Below, one piece after another: positions 38,673 to 48,200 of a stretch of DNA of 64,000 nucleotides. Source of the stretch: Candidatus Eiseniibacteriota bacterium (lineage in GTDB: Bacteria; Eisenbacteria; RBG-16-71-46); NCBI GenBank assembly GCA_016215625.1, contig JACRIW010000058.1, forward strand, positions 32,252 to 96,251, given 5' to 3'. Numbering within the stretch: the stretch's first letter is position 1; every line of letters begins with the position of its first letter. The notes beneath the pieces were generated by a model that was given only the letters and a program-made list of their open reading frames with translations, made no database searches and was not told the origin of the DNA. The position numbers and the translations under genes were made by a program.

Positions 38673-40274
38673 ATGCGCGCTCGTGACGACACGCCGAAGG
38701 CGGCGCCACCGCCCGAACGAAACGGCGATGGGGTGATTTCGGTCGCCGTCGCGCTCGCCGCGTTCGCCGCCTACCTGTTCCTCGCCCCGCCGGTCTCGGG
38801 CGACCGCGACTCGAGCGAGTTCACGGTCGTGCTGGCCGCCAACGGTGTCGCGCACCCGACGGGATACGTGCTCTACACCGTGCTCGGGCACGGATTCGTC
38901 GCGGCGCTGCGCGCGCTGGGAGCGCCGGGGGCGTGGGCGGCGAACGCCTTCAGCGCACTCGGCGGTGGCGTCGCGATGGGACTGCTGCACGCGACCGCCG
39001 CGCGCTTCGCGGCGACCTCGCGCGTGCTCGGGACCCCCGCGCGCACCGCGCTCCCGCTCGTCTGCGTCGCCCTCATCGCCCTGGGCCCGGCGTGGACGCA
39101 GGTGACGACCGTGGCCGAGGTGTATTCGTGGCACGTCGCCTGGGCGCTCGCGCTGACGTGGCTCGCCGTCGGGCGCCTGCTCGGGCCCGGCGCGCCGGAT
39201 GTGCGCGAACACGTCGTGTGGGGAGTGCTCGTGGGCGCCGGGCTCGCGCATCACGCGACGTCGGTGTTCTTCTCGGTGCCGCTCACGGCCGCATACTTGC
39301 TCGAGAGCGTGCCGGCGCGCGAGCGGCGCGGCGCGCTCGTGCGCGTGCTCACCGCCGCGGCGATGCTGCCGGTCGCCTGCGCGGTGTGGTTGTGGCTGCA
39401 CGCGGGCCACGACGGCCCGGGGATCTGGCGCACGCTGGGGCCGGGCTGGGCGGGCGTGTGGGCGCACGTGAGCGCCGCGCAGTACGCCGGGCACTTCGGA
39501 CGGTTCGCGCCCGAGCCGCTCGACCGCGCCCTCATCGAGCGCCACGTGTTCCCGCCGCTCTTCGCGGGACTGGCGGCGCTGGTGCTCGCGTGGGCATTGA
39601 CGCCCGGTGGCCGCGCGCGGGCGGTGCTCGCCGTGCTGCTCGGCATCGCCTCCGCACAGGCGCTGTTCGCGTTCGGCTACGGCGTCGAGGACCCGAGCGC
39701 GTATTTCCTGCCCGCGCTCGTGCTCGGCGTACTCGCCCTGGCGCCGCTCGCGTGCGCGCTCACGGCGCTGCGTGGCGCCGGAGTGGTCGCCGCGCGCTCG
39801 CTCGTGGGCGTCGCGGCGCTCGCGGCGCTGCCGGGACTCGCGACCGGCTGGCGCACCGCGGTCGAGGCGCGCGCGACGTTCGTGGGGCTCGACGCGTTCG
39901 TGCACGAGCAGTGGGAGCGCATCCCGATCGAGCGCGGGATCGTCTTCTGGCCGCGCGACCTGCACCAGCGCCTGATCGAGTACCAGCTGCTGCGCGGCGA
40001 GAAGCCCGGACTCGAGATCTGGAACCCGCGCATGCTCACGCACCCCGAGGCGAAGCGGCGGTTCTTCGCGCGCCACGGCTTCGATCCCGTCGGGGATCTG
40101 CGGCTGAGGGCGGAGGATGTGCGAGGAGGCGCCGCCGCTCCGGGTGGGCGCGCGTTCGCGATCGCGGTGGCCGAGCGCGTGAACGAGCGGACCGCGCTGC
40201 CGGTGGTGCTGTTCGAGCCCGAGATCCCGGCGGTCACGGTGCTGCCCGAGCGGCCCGCGGGGAACGTGCGCTGA
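38673..40274 (+). CDS. DUF2723/TMEM260-like GT-C membrane glycosyltransferase
   Basis: Motifs DSSEF......GVAHPTGYVLY, AEVYS and GAGLAHH; about 11 TM segments. Confidence 0.85.
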   Translation: MRARDDTPKAAPPPERNGDGVISVAVALAAFAAYLFLAPPVSGDRDSSEFTVVLAANGVAHPTGYVLYTVLGHGFVAALRALGAPGAWAANAFSALGGGVAMGLLHATAARFAATSRVLGTPARTALPLVCVALIALGPAWTQVTTVAEVYSWHVAWALALTWLAVGRLLGPGAPDVREHVVWGVLVGAGLAHHATSVFFSVPLTAAYLLESVPARERRGALVRVLTAAAMLPVACAVWLWLHAGHDGPGIWRTLGPGWAGVWAHVSAAQYAGHFGRFAPEPLDRALIERHVFPPLFAGLAALVLAWALTPGGRARAVLAVLLGIASAQALFAFGYGVEDPSAYFLPALVLGVLALAPLACALTALRGAGVVAARSLVGVAALAALPGLATGWRTAVEARATFVGLDAFVHEQWERIPIERGIVFWPRDLHQRLIEYQLLRGEKPGLEIWNPRMLTHPEAKRRFFARHGFDPVGDLRLRAEDVRGGAAAPGGRAFAIAVAERVNERTALPVVLFEPEIPAVTVLPERPAGNVR

Positions 40275-40286
40275 CCCGGTGCAGAG

Positions 40287-40318
40287 CGGCCGCCCTCCGG
40301 AGTTCCGGAAGGCGGCCG
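40287..40318. terminator. Hairpin between convergent genes
   Basis: CGGCCGCC-c-TCCGG-agtt-CCGGA-a-GGCGGCCG. Confidence 0.65.
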
Positions 40319-40342
40319 TCTGCGTGCGGCGTGAAGCGGGAG

Positions 40343-41080
40343 TTATCGGTAAAGCGACTTCAGCCGGCCCCACGTGGACTTCTGCGAGGGCACCGGCAGG
40401 TTGGCCACCGTCACCTGGTACCCGAGATTGGCGGGCACGGAAAGCGTGTACCAGCCCGCGGCGCCGACGGTCGCCGAGTTCGCGTAGAAATCGGGATCGC
40501 TCGATCCCACGGTCGGCGGGTCGAGCGACACGAAACCGAGACGGTTGGCCGTGCCGGTCTTCGAGGTCACCTGCTGCGTGACGATCACGTCGGTCGTGCC
40601 GAGCGTGATCGCGAGCACGTCGAGACCCGTGACGTTGACGAACGAGTAGAAGCCCTTGGCGAGGCCGGTGCCGAAGTTCACGTTCGTCGTGAAGCCGCCG
40701 AGGTACGCGGCCGTCGCGCCGTCGTAGAACGAAATCGCGCAGTTCGCGGTGAGCAGGCTGCCGAGGCTCGAACCCGAGTTGAAGATCGTGAACTTGAGGC
40801 CCGAGAGGATGCCGGCGTTCGTCGTGAACAGTTCGTCACCCCAGATCGAGGTGAGCGAGGTGGAGGAGAAGCCCGTGTTCGCCGCGGACGTCGAGTTGTC
40901 GTAGACGACACCGGCGAACGCCGTCGAGTTGGGCGTGATCTGCGGACGGCTCATCAGGTCGATGTCGATCTCGCCGGCCAACTGGGCGGGCTCGGACACG
41001 AGCGCCTGGGCGGAGGCGACGGCGACGCTCAGGGCGAGCATCGCGACGGCGAGACGCAGCGTGGTAGCGATCTTCCGCAT
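40343..41080 (-). CDS. Exported Ser/Thr/Gly-rich beta protein with C-terminal TWGxLK tail
   Basis: Signal peptide MRKIATTLRLAVAMLALSVAVASA; ends LPVPSQKSTWGRLKSLYR*. Confidence 0.88.
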   Translation of the reverse strand: MRKIATTLRLAVAMLALSVAVASAQALVSEPAQLAGEIDIDLMSRPQITPNSTAFAGVVYDNSTSAANTGFSSTSLTSIWGDELFTTNAGILSGLKFTIFNSGSSLGSLLTANCAISFYDGATAAYLGGFTTNVNFGTGLAKGFYSFVNVTGLDVLAITLGTTDVIVTQQVTSKTGTANRLGFVSLDPPTVGSSDPDFYANSATVGAAGWYTLSVPANLGYQVTVANLPVPSQKSTWGRLKSLYR

Positions 41081-41340
41081 GGGGTTCCCTCGAGTGGATG
41101 GATTCGGCGCAGGGCCGACGTGAACAGCGCGGACCCGCTTCGCGGGCCCCGATGAACTGCCGGAGAACCGGGGGAGCGCAGTTCGAGCTCCACCGGACTC
41201 CACCACGATAGGCAATCGGGCATGGCGAGCAGTAGTACGCATTGCACCGCCGCCCGTCGGCGTGGGGATTTCTTCGACGAATGCCGTCTCCTGTGCAGTG
41301 AGGGTGAGCATTGTTCAGTGGTGCTGCCGCCGCCAGAAAG

Positions 41341-41377
41341 GCGAAGGGCCACGGCTCGTTCCGCCGTGGCCCTTCGC
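41341..41377 (-). terminator. Hairpin downstream of the M36 gene
   Basis: GCGAAGGGCCACGGC-tcgttcc-GCCGTGGCCCTTCGC, a 15-bp stem. Confidence 0.72.
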
Positions 41378-41403
41378 GCCCTTCGTGCCCTTCGCGCGTT
41401 CGT
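41369..41403. repeat. Short tandem repeat GCCCTTCG(C/T) x3 plus one degenerate copy
   Basis: gcccttcgc gcccttcgt gcccttcgc gcgttcgt. Confidence 0.7.
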
Positions 41404-41414
41404 GCGCGTGTGTG

Positions 41415-44400
41415 TCAGCGCAACACGACCACGCGCTGCGTGTACTGCTTCCCGTCGACCAGCATGCGGGCGAAATACACACCCGACGACGGGCGTTCAC
41501 CGTTCGCGGTGCGCGTGAACGACGCGCCGTGCCAGCCCGCGGCGTACTCGCCGTCGGCCAGCGTGGCCACGAGACGCCCCGCGAGATCGTGCAGCGTGAG
41601 CCGCACGCGCTGCGCCTGCGGCAGTGCGAAGCGCAGCTGCGCGCCGCCGCGCGAGGGATGCGCGCCCGTGAGGGCGAGCGCCACGTGGCTCGGAATGGCG
41701 TCGTCCACGCCGCGCGCGAGGCACTGCTCGGTCTCGGCGACGAGCCCGAGGAACGGCGCCGAAGTGACGCCGGTCACCGCGACGTCGTCGATCCACCAGC
41801 CCGGAGAGCCGACGCCGGCGTCCGCCGCGTGCCGGAAGCGCAGCTTCACGGTCTGGCCCGCGTAGGTGAGGCCGAAGTTCAGCGTCGCGCTGATCGGCGT
41901 GGGATAACCCGCGCTGGCCTTGGTCCATGCGGAGCGTCCACCGAGCGGATTGCCGCTGCCGTTGTACATCGTGCCGGTGTAGCCCGGCGTGCACACGCCG
42001 CCGACGTCGGACCACGTCGTGCCGCCGTCGGTGGACAGTTCGACCACGCCGCCGTCGTAGTCGAACGACGCGTCGTACTCGAACGACCAGCGATGCTTGA
42101 AGGTGACGGTGAACGGTGTGCTCGGGCTCAGCGTGAGCGGCGGGCTCGTGAAACGCAGGTCGGCCGCGCCGCCCGCGCCGGGCACGTGGTAGGCGTGGCT
42201 CGAGGCGGCGACTTCGGCCCGCGCCCAGGGATCGCCGCCCGAACCGCCGGCCGTCCACGTGGTGTGGTGCGACTCGGCGCCGTCGGTGAAGAACGTGCCT
42301 TCGTCCGAATGCACGTAGTCGCGCAGCAGGAGCAGCCGCGGTCCCGGCGACAGCAGGCCCGGATCGTCCACGGCGACGTACAACTCGAGCAGTTCGCCCG
42401 CCGCCGCGCCGTCGATCGCGACCGGGATGTCCTGCGCCAGCGACGTGAACGGCGCGCTCGCCGCGACGTTGAAGAGGTTGCCCGACGGGAAGAGCACGTG
42501 CAGGTTCGGCGACGAGACGCTCACCGTGGTGGCCGACAGGGTCGTCGCACCCGTGTTGCGGAAGCCGACCCGCAGCGTGCCGACTTCGCCGTTGTCGAGA
42601 TAGCTGTCCGAGTCGCAGGCGTGCAGGTCGTCGGTGAGCGAGGCGGAGAGGATGGCGAGGTTGCCGCCGAGCGTGAAGCTCTCGACCGCGCCCGCGTTGT
42701 TCGTGGAGCCGGATGCGGGGGAGATCGCGCCCGAGCCGAGGCCGCGCTTGGCGAACGCCTGCGCGAGCAGCTGGAAGTCGGCCGGGTCGTTCGCGTACGC
42801 CACGGCGAGGATCGCGTCGCGCGCGTCGGTGAACGTCGGCGCGTTGGGCGTCAGCTTGAGCCCGCCGATCACGTACGACTTCATGCGGTCCTGCGCCTGC
42901 GCGAAGGTCAGGCGCGGGGTGTCCGCGAGCAGGGCCGCGTAGCACTCCCACAGCATCGTGCACCACACTTCGCCGGTGCGGTGCACCTCGGAGTTCGTGG
43001 CGCCGCTCGGATCGCCGTTGAGCGGCGGGCCCACGGGCAGCGCGACGCCGTCCGAGATGTGCTTGAACGTGAGCGGGTTCTTCGTCATGTCCGTCGAGTA
43101 GGGGTAACGGCGGATGCCGAAGTAATAGTAGTTGTGCGGGACCAGGTTGCCGCTGAGCGCGTAGCCCGCCATGCCCCAGCAGCCCGCGAGGTTGTCGCCG
43201 GGACGCACGGTCATGAGCAGCGAGAAGAAGTCGCTCCAGCCTTCACCCATGCCGCCGCCCTGCTGATTGCTCAGGCCCGCGGCGTTGCCCACGAGACGGT
43301 TGCTCACGTAGTGCGCCCACTCGTGCGCCACGATGTGCCCGTCGATCGTGCCGTCGCGCTGGACCTGCGCCTGGCGCAGCAGCGTCGCGGTGACGCCCGC
43401 GCCGAGCTGCGCGCGGATGGCGTTGCCGACCGCCTGGGTCACGGAGATCGACGGAATCGTGATGCCGGCGACGGTGCCGCCGAGCCCGGGCGGCGAGGAG
43501 GACGCCGTGTTGTCCACGATGATGACGCCGATCGCGCCGGCGGTCTGGGCGTTCTGGACCTTCACGCTGAAGCCGCACGTGCCGCGATCGATGAGGGCGA
43601 TCTTACCCACCACGGAGCTCGTGATCGCCGTGCAGCCGTCGAGCGTCGGAGCGACGCCGTCCACGGCGGCGACCACCTGGCCCGTGACGTTGAACGTCTG
43701 CGGCCCGAAACCCGTGGCCACGCCGGCCGCGTAGCCGCCGGCGATCGCCGCGGGGGCGCTCACCGTGAGCGAGGCGCTGACGGGCGGATTGAAGACGTAC
43801 ATCTGCATGCGCGGCGAGCCGCCGTCGGCGGGCGTGGACATGTTCGCGTTGTTCGTGCCGCCGTAATCCTCGCCCTCGGCGAGGATCGGGTCACCCGCGA
43901 CGCCGCCGCGGCCGAAGTTGTCGGTCTGCGCGTTGCCGGCGACTTCGTCGAAGCCGGAGTCGTAGAACCAGTCGTGCAGGAAGTTGTTCAGGTAGAAGAG
44001 CGTGGTCGCCGCGGCCATGCGCTGGTTCGTGCTCGCGCTGGGCCCCAGGTTCGTGTCGTACACGCGGTCGAACGCGCCGGCTGCCGTCGTGGTCGGGCGC
44101 ACGTCGCCGGCGGTGTAGCCGTCGGGCGAGACGATGTCGTCGTACGCGTCCACGTTGTTGCCCGTCGTGACGCCGGCGCCCGGGGCGAGCCAGGGATCGT
44201 TCCGCGAGAACGGCGAGTTCTGCAGCGTGATCAGGTTCGGCGCCGTGAGCGGCGGCATGTAGAAGTCGGGCAGGCCGGTCGGGTGCGGCGAGGGCGCGTC
44301 GCCCTGCGGCCCGTCCATCGGGAGGTACGGCGAGGCGGTGTTCGCCCAGACGCGATAGCTGAAGGCCGCGTCCGCCATGATGCTGTGGCGGAACAGCAGC

Positions 44401-45230
44401 CGGCCGTCGGCGGCCGAGTACACGTAGGCGTAAGCCTCGGTCTCGCCCATCACCTCGACGTAGTGCGCGGGCTCGAGTGCGTCGCCGAGCCGGAACCACA
44501 CCTTGCGCACGCGCGGCGAGGTCGCGACGGCGAGCCCGTCTCCGAGCTCGCGTACTTCGGCGGGCGCGGGATAGCGCTCGTAGCCCGCTTCGTCGGGAGC
44601 GCCGGGAGCCGCGAGCGCCGGCGGCACCGCGAGCGAGCCGAAGTCGGCGAGGGCCGAGGCGACCGCGCTCGCCGAGGACCGCGCGAACGCGGCTTCGGCG
44701 TCGGCCGGAGCGTTCGTGCGACCGGGCAGCGAGCCGGCGACCGCGACCAGTTCGAGATTGCGGTCGAGGCAGACGCGGAACTCGTCGCGGAAGACCTCGA
44801 TGCCGGCGATCTCCTGGCGATAGCTCGCGAGGATGGCGCCCGTGCCGCGGTCGTCGAGACGCACCAGCTTCGCGCCCGTGACGTCGGCGCGCTGGAGCCG
44901 GTAGAGCGGCGCGAGCGTGCCGAGGAACGAGCGCGCCGCCGCGTCGGCGTCACGCGGCGCGCGGAAGCGCGTCGCCGCGCCCGGGGCGTACACGACTCGG
45001 CTCTCGCCCCAGACGAACGACGGCACGCCGTAACGCTCGTCGGTGGACTGCACGCGGGCGAGCCGCGCGAGGGCGGGATCGGCGGCCGCGTTCGCGCGCG
45101 TGGCGGGGGCCGTGCGGCCGGGAGCGGACAGCGCGGCGTCGAACTCGGGACGGTGGGCGGCGAGCGAGACGGCGGCGAAGCACGACACCGCGATCAGCGC
45201 GCCGAGGAGCGGTCGGATGGAAGGCCGCAC
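41415..45230 (-). CDS. Secreted M36 (fungalysin) metallopeptidase with FTP propeptide, PA domain and FlgD-Ig/CTD-like tail
   Basis: GGAGG SD with GTG start; GFDEVAGNAQ, TPADG.SPRMQMY, PA domain GKIALIDRGTCGF, zincin HEWAH and GEGWSD, GIRRYPYS; tail LHDLAGRLVATL...SSGVYFARM. Confidence 0.93.
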   Translation of the reverse strand: MRPSIRPLLGALIAVSCFAAVSLAAHRPEFDAALSAPGRTAPATRANAAADPALARLARVQSTDERYGVPSFVWGESRVVYAPGAATRFRAPRDADAAARSFLGTLAPLYRLQRADVTGAKLVRLDDRGTGAILASYRQEIAGIEVFRDEFRVCLDRNLELVAVAGSLPGRTNAPADAEAAFARSSASAVASALADFGSLAVPPALAAPGAPDEAGYERYPAPAEVRELGDGLAVATSPRVRKVWFRLGDALEPAHYVEVMGETEAYAYVYSAADGRLLFRHSIMADAAFSYRVWANTASPYLPMDGPQGDAPSPHPTGLPDFYMPPLTAPNLITLQNSPFSRNDPWLAPGAGVTTGNNVDAYDDIVSPDGYTAGDVRPTTTAAGAFDRVYDTNLGPSASTNQRMAAATTLFYLNNFLHDWFYDSGFDEVAGNAQTDNFGRGGVAGDPILAEGEDYGGTNNANMSTPADGGSPRMQMYVFNPPVSASLTVSAPAAIAGGYAAGVATGFGPQTFNVTGQVVAAVDGVAPTLDGCTAITSSVVGKIALIDRGTCGFSVKVQNAQTAGAIGVIIVDNTASSSPPGLGGTVAGITIPSISVTQAVGNAIRAQLGAGVTATLLRQAQVQRDGTIDGHIVAHEWAHYVSNRLVGNAAGLSNQQGGGMGEGWSDFFSLLMTVRPGDNLAGCWGMAGYALSGNLVPHNYYYFGIRRYPYSTDMTKNPLTFKHISDGVALPVGPPLNGDPSGATNSEVHRTGEVWCTMLWECYAALLADTPRLTFAQAQDRMKSYVIGGLKLTPNAPTFTDARDAILAVAYANDPADFQLLAQAFAKRGLGSGAISPASGSTNNAGAVESFTLGGNLAILSASLTDDLHACDSDSYLDNGEVGTLRVGFRNTGATTLSATTVSVSSPNLHVLFPSGNLFNVAASAPFTSLAQDIPVAIDGAAAGELLELYVAVDDPGLLSPGPRLLLLRDYVHSDEGTFFTDGAESHHTTWTAGGSGGDPWARAEVAASSHAYHVPGAGGAADLRFTSPPLTLSPSTPFTVTFKHRWSFEYDASFDYDGGVVELSTDGGTTWSDVGGVCTPGYTGTMYNGSGNPLGGRSAWTKASAGYPTPISATLNFGLTYAGQTVKLRFRHAADAGVGSPGWWIDDVAVTGVTSAPFLGLVAETEQCLARGVDDAIPSHVALALTGAHPSRGGAQLRFALPQAQRVRLTLHDLAGRLVATLADGEYAAGWHGASFTRTANGERPSSGVYFARMLVDGKQYTQRVVVLR

Positions 45231-45289
45231 GAATCCTCCGGGGCTTGGGAGATCGGTCAGGAAGTGTGGAGAGTCGGGCGGTGAGGATA

Positions 45290-48200
45290 CTACGGGCGCA
45301 CGGTCACGGACCTCACCAGAATGCGTCCTCCGTACTCGAGCCGGTACCAGTAGAGGCCCGGTGCCTGCCGGGAGACGTCCACCGTGTGCTCGTGGCGGCC
45401 GGCCTCGAGCCGTTCGCCCGAGAGCAGGGCGGCGACGCGGCGGCCGGTCACGTCGAAGAGCCCGAGGCGCACGGCCCCGGCGGCGGGCAGCGTGAACGCG
45501 AGCCGGCTGCGGTTGCGGGCGGGATTGGGAGTGGGGGCGCCCAACGTGAACGCCGTCACCGCGGGTTCCGCCGGTGCGTCGAGCAACTCGAGCTGGTAGG
45601 ACGGGTCGAGGAGCGCGGCATAGAAGGGATGCCCCTCGCTCGCGATCGTCGAGAAGAACCCGCCCACGTGCAGCGTGCCCCGGTCGCGCAACAGCGCGTG
45701 CACGCCCTGCCACGGATCCGGCCTCCATGCGATCGGCGCGCCCGTCGGCGCGTCGAGGAGCGCGAGGTTGAAACTGCCGTACGCGCCGTTGGCGACCGAG
45801 CCGAACGTTCCGCCCACGAAGAGCAGGCCGTTGTTCAGGTCGAGCACGTCCACCTGCTCGCTCACGCCACTGCTCATGCCCGCGTTCCACGCGGTGGCGA
45901 GCCCGGTCGTGCGCGAGAGAAGGGCGAGCTTCGGGCGGCTCGCTCCGCCGATCGAGGTGAACGCACCGCCCACGAACAACTCACCGGGCTGGAACGCGAA
46001 CGACGTGATCTGGTTGTTGGCCGACGGATTCCAGCTCGTGAGCACGCCGGTCGTCGCGTCGAAGGCCGCGCCGTTGCCGCGCGGCTGGCCACCGGCGCTC
46101 GTGAACGCGCCGCCGACGAACAGCGTGCCCGAGTCCACCGCGAGGCGGATGGGCGTGCCGTTCGTGCCGGGGTTCCACGCGGTGGCGAGTCCCGCCGTGG
46201 TGTCCACCTGCGCGAGCGAGGTGCGCGCGGCTCCGCCGGCCGAGGAGAACGCGCCGCCCAGATAGAAGGTCCCTTCGTGCTCGGCCATCGAGAACACCGT
46301 CCCGTCGGGCTCGGGCGCCCACGGAGACACTTCCGCCGTGGCGGTGTCGAACGCCGCCGCGAGGTTGCGCACGGGCGCCTCCGTGCGGAAGAAGGTGCCC
46401 ACGGCGTAGACGCGACCGTTGCTCAGGTGCAGGTCGTCCACGTTGCCGAACGTGCGCGGATCCCACGGACGCACGTATCCCGTGCGCAGGTCGACTGCCG
46501 CGAGCCCGCCACGCGCGGACATGCCGACGGAAGTGAAGGCACCGGCGACCAGCATGCGGCCGCGGTCCGCTTCGAGCACGGCGACGTTGCCGTTCACGCC
46601 GGGGTCGACTCCCAGCAACGCGAGCGACGAGGCTGAGAACGCTGCGAGGCGCAGCCGCGGCGAGCCGGCGATGTTCGAGAACGCGCCACCGGTGAATAGC
46701 GTGTCGCTCCCGAGCGCGAGCGTGCTCACGGCGCCGTCCGGGACGGGGTCGAAGGGAAGCAGCGCGTTCGTGCTCGTGTTCCACGCGGCGAGGTAGCGGT
46801 GCGAGGCCGACGCGATCGTGGTGAACGAGCCCCCGGCGAAGAGCGTGCCGTTGTTCCAGAGCAGCGCCGTGGGCGGCGAGTTGATGACGGGCGCCCAGGT
46901 GGTCGGCGCGCCGGTCGCGATCGTCACCGAGCCGAGAAGCGACCGCGAGGCGCCGCCGAAGCCCACGCAGTTGCCGCCCGCGGTGAGCGAGGAACCGGCG
47001 TTGAGCGCGAAGATCGGGCCGCTCGGAGCGGGATTCCACGTCGCGGCCGAACCCGTCACGCGGCTGATCGCGCGGATCGAGCCCTTGCCGTTGATCTCAC
47101 CGCCGACGTACAGCCGCGAGCCGTAGGGCGTGAGCGCGTACACGAGCGCCGGGCTGTGCGACGCCCACGACGTGAGCGTGCCGTTCTCCGCCACCGCGCC
47201 GAGCCGCACGCGCGTGACCGCGTTGATCGTGACGAAGCTCCCGCCCACGTACACGACGCCGTCGGCCGTGCCGAGCGCCGTGACCTCGCCGTCCACGTTG
47301 GGCGCGAAACCGTTCGGGCGTCCGGAGGCGAGACTGAAGCCCACGGCGTTGTGCACCGTGATCGAGTTGCCCGTGCCGAACGCACCCGCCATCGCGACGC
47401 GATTCCCGTCGCGCGCGATCGAGTACACGAACGTGTTCGCGACCGGCGCCCAGCCCAGCAGCGTTCCCGTCGAGGCGTTCAGTGCGGCGACGCGCATGCG
47501 CATCGCCGCGTTCACGAAGTCGAACTCGCCGCCCAGGTAGAGCGTGCCGCCGTGCAGCTGCAGCACGCGCACCGCGCCGTTGGGCTGGGCCGACCACGTG
47601 GGGAGCTTGATGCCGGTGGTCGCGTCGAGCGCGACGAGATTGGAGACGGGCTGGCCGTTGACGGTCGCGAAGTCGCCGCCCACGAACACGGTGTTGCCGA
47701 GCACTTCGACCGTCGTCTCCTGCGCCGTGATCACGTCCACGGTCCACGCACCGGGCGCGGCCGTGACCGCGTCGAGCGCGGCGACGTTGCCGCGCGGCTG
47801 CCCCGCCGCGTGCGAGAAGCGGCCCGCGGTCCACAGCACGCCGCCCGAGTGCACGAACTTGCGCACGCTCGGCGTGCCGCCCGTGCGTGACAGTTGCGGG
47901 TCCCACGCGAAGAGCGAGCCGGTCGCGGCCTGCACGCACGCCGCGGACGCGCGCGGCTGCCCGCCCGCGGCCGTGAAGGCGCCGCCCACGTAGAGCGAAT
48001 CGCCGAGCAGCGTGAGCGCGCGCACCGATGCGCCGGAGGAGAGCGCCGCGTCGAACGGCAGGAGCGCGCCCGTCGTGACGTCGATCGCCGCGAGCCCGGC
48101 ACGCGGCGAGCCGTTCACCGAGGTGAACGTGCCGCCGAGGTAGAGCGTGGTGCCCGAGCGCAGGAGCGCGAGAATCGTTCCATTCACGTCCGGAGCGAGC

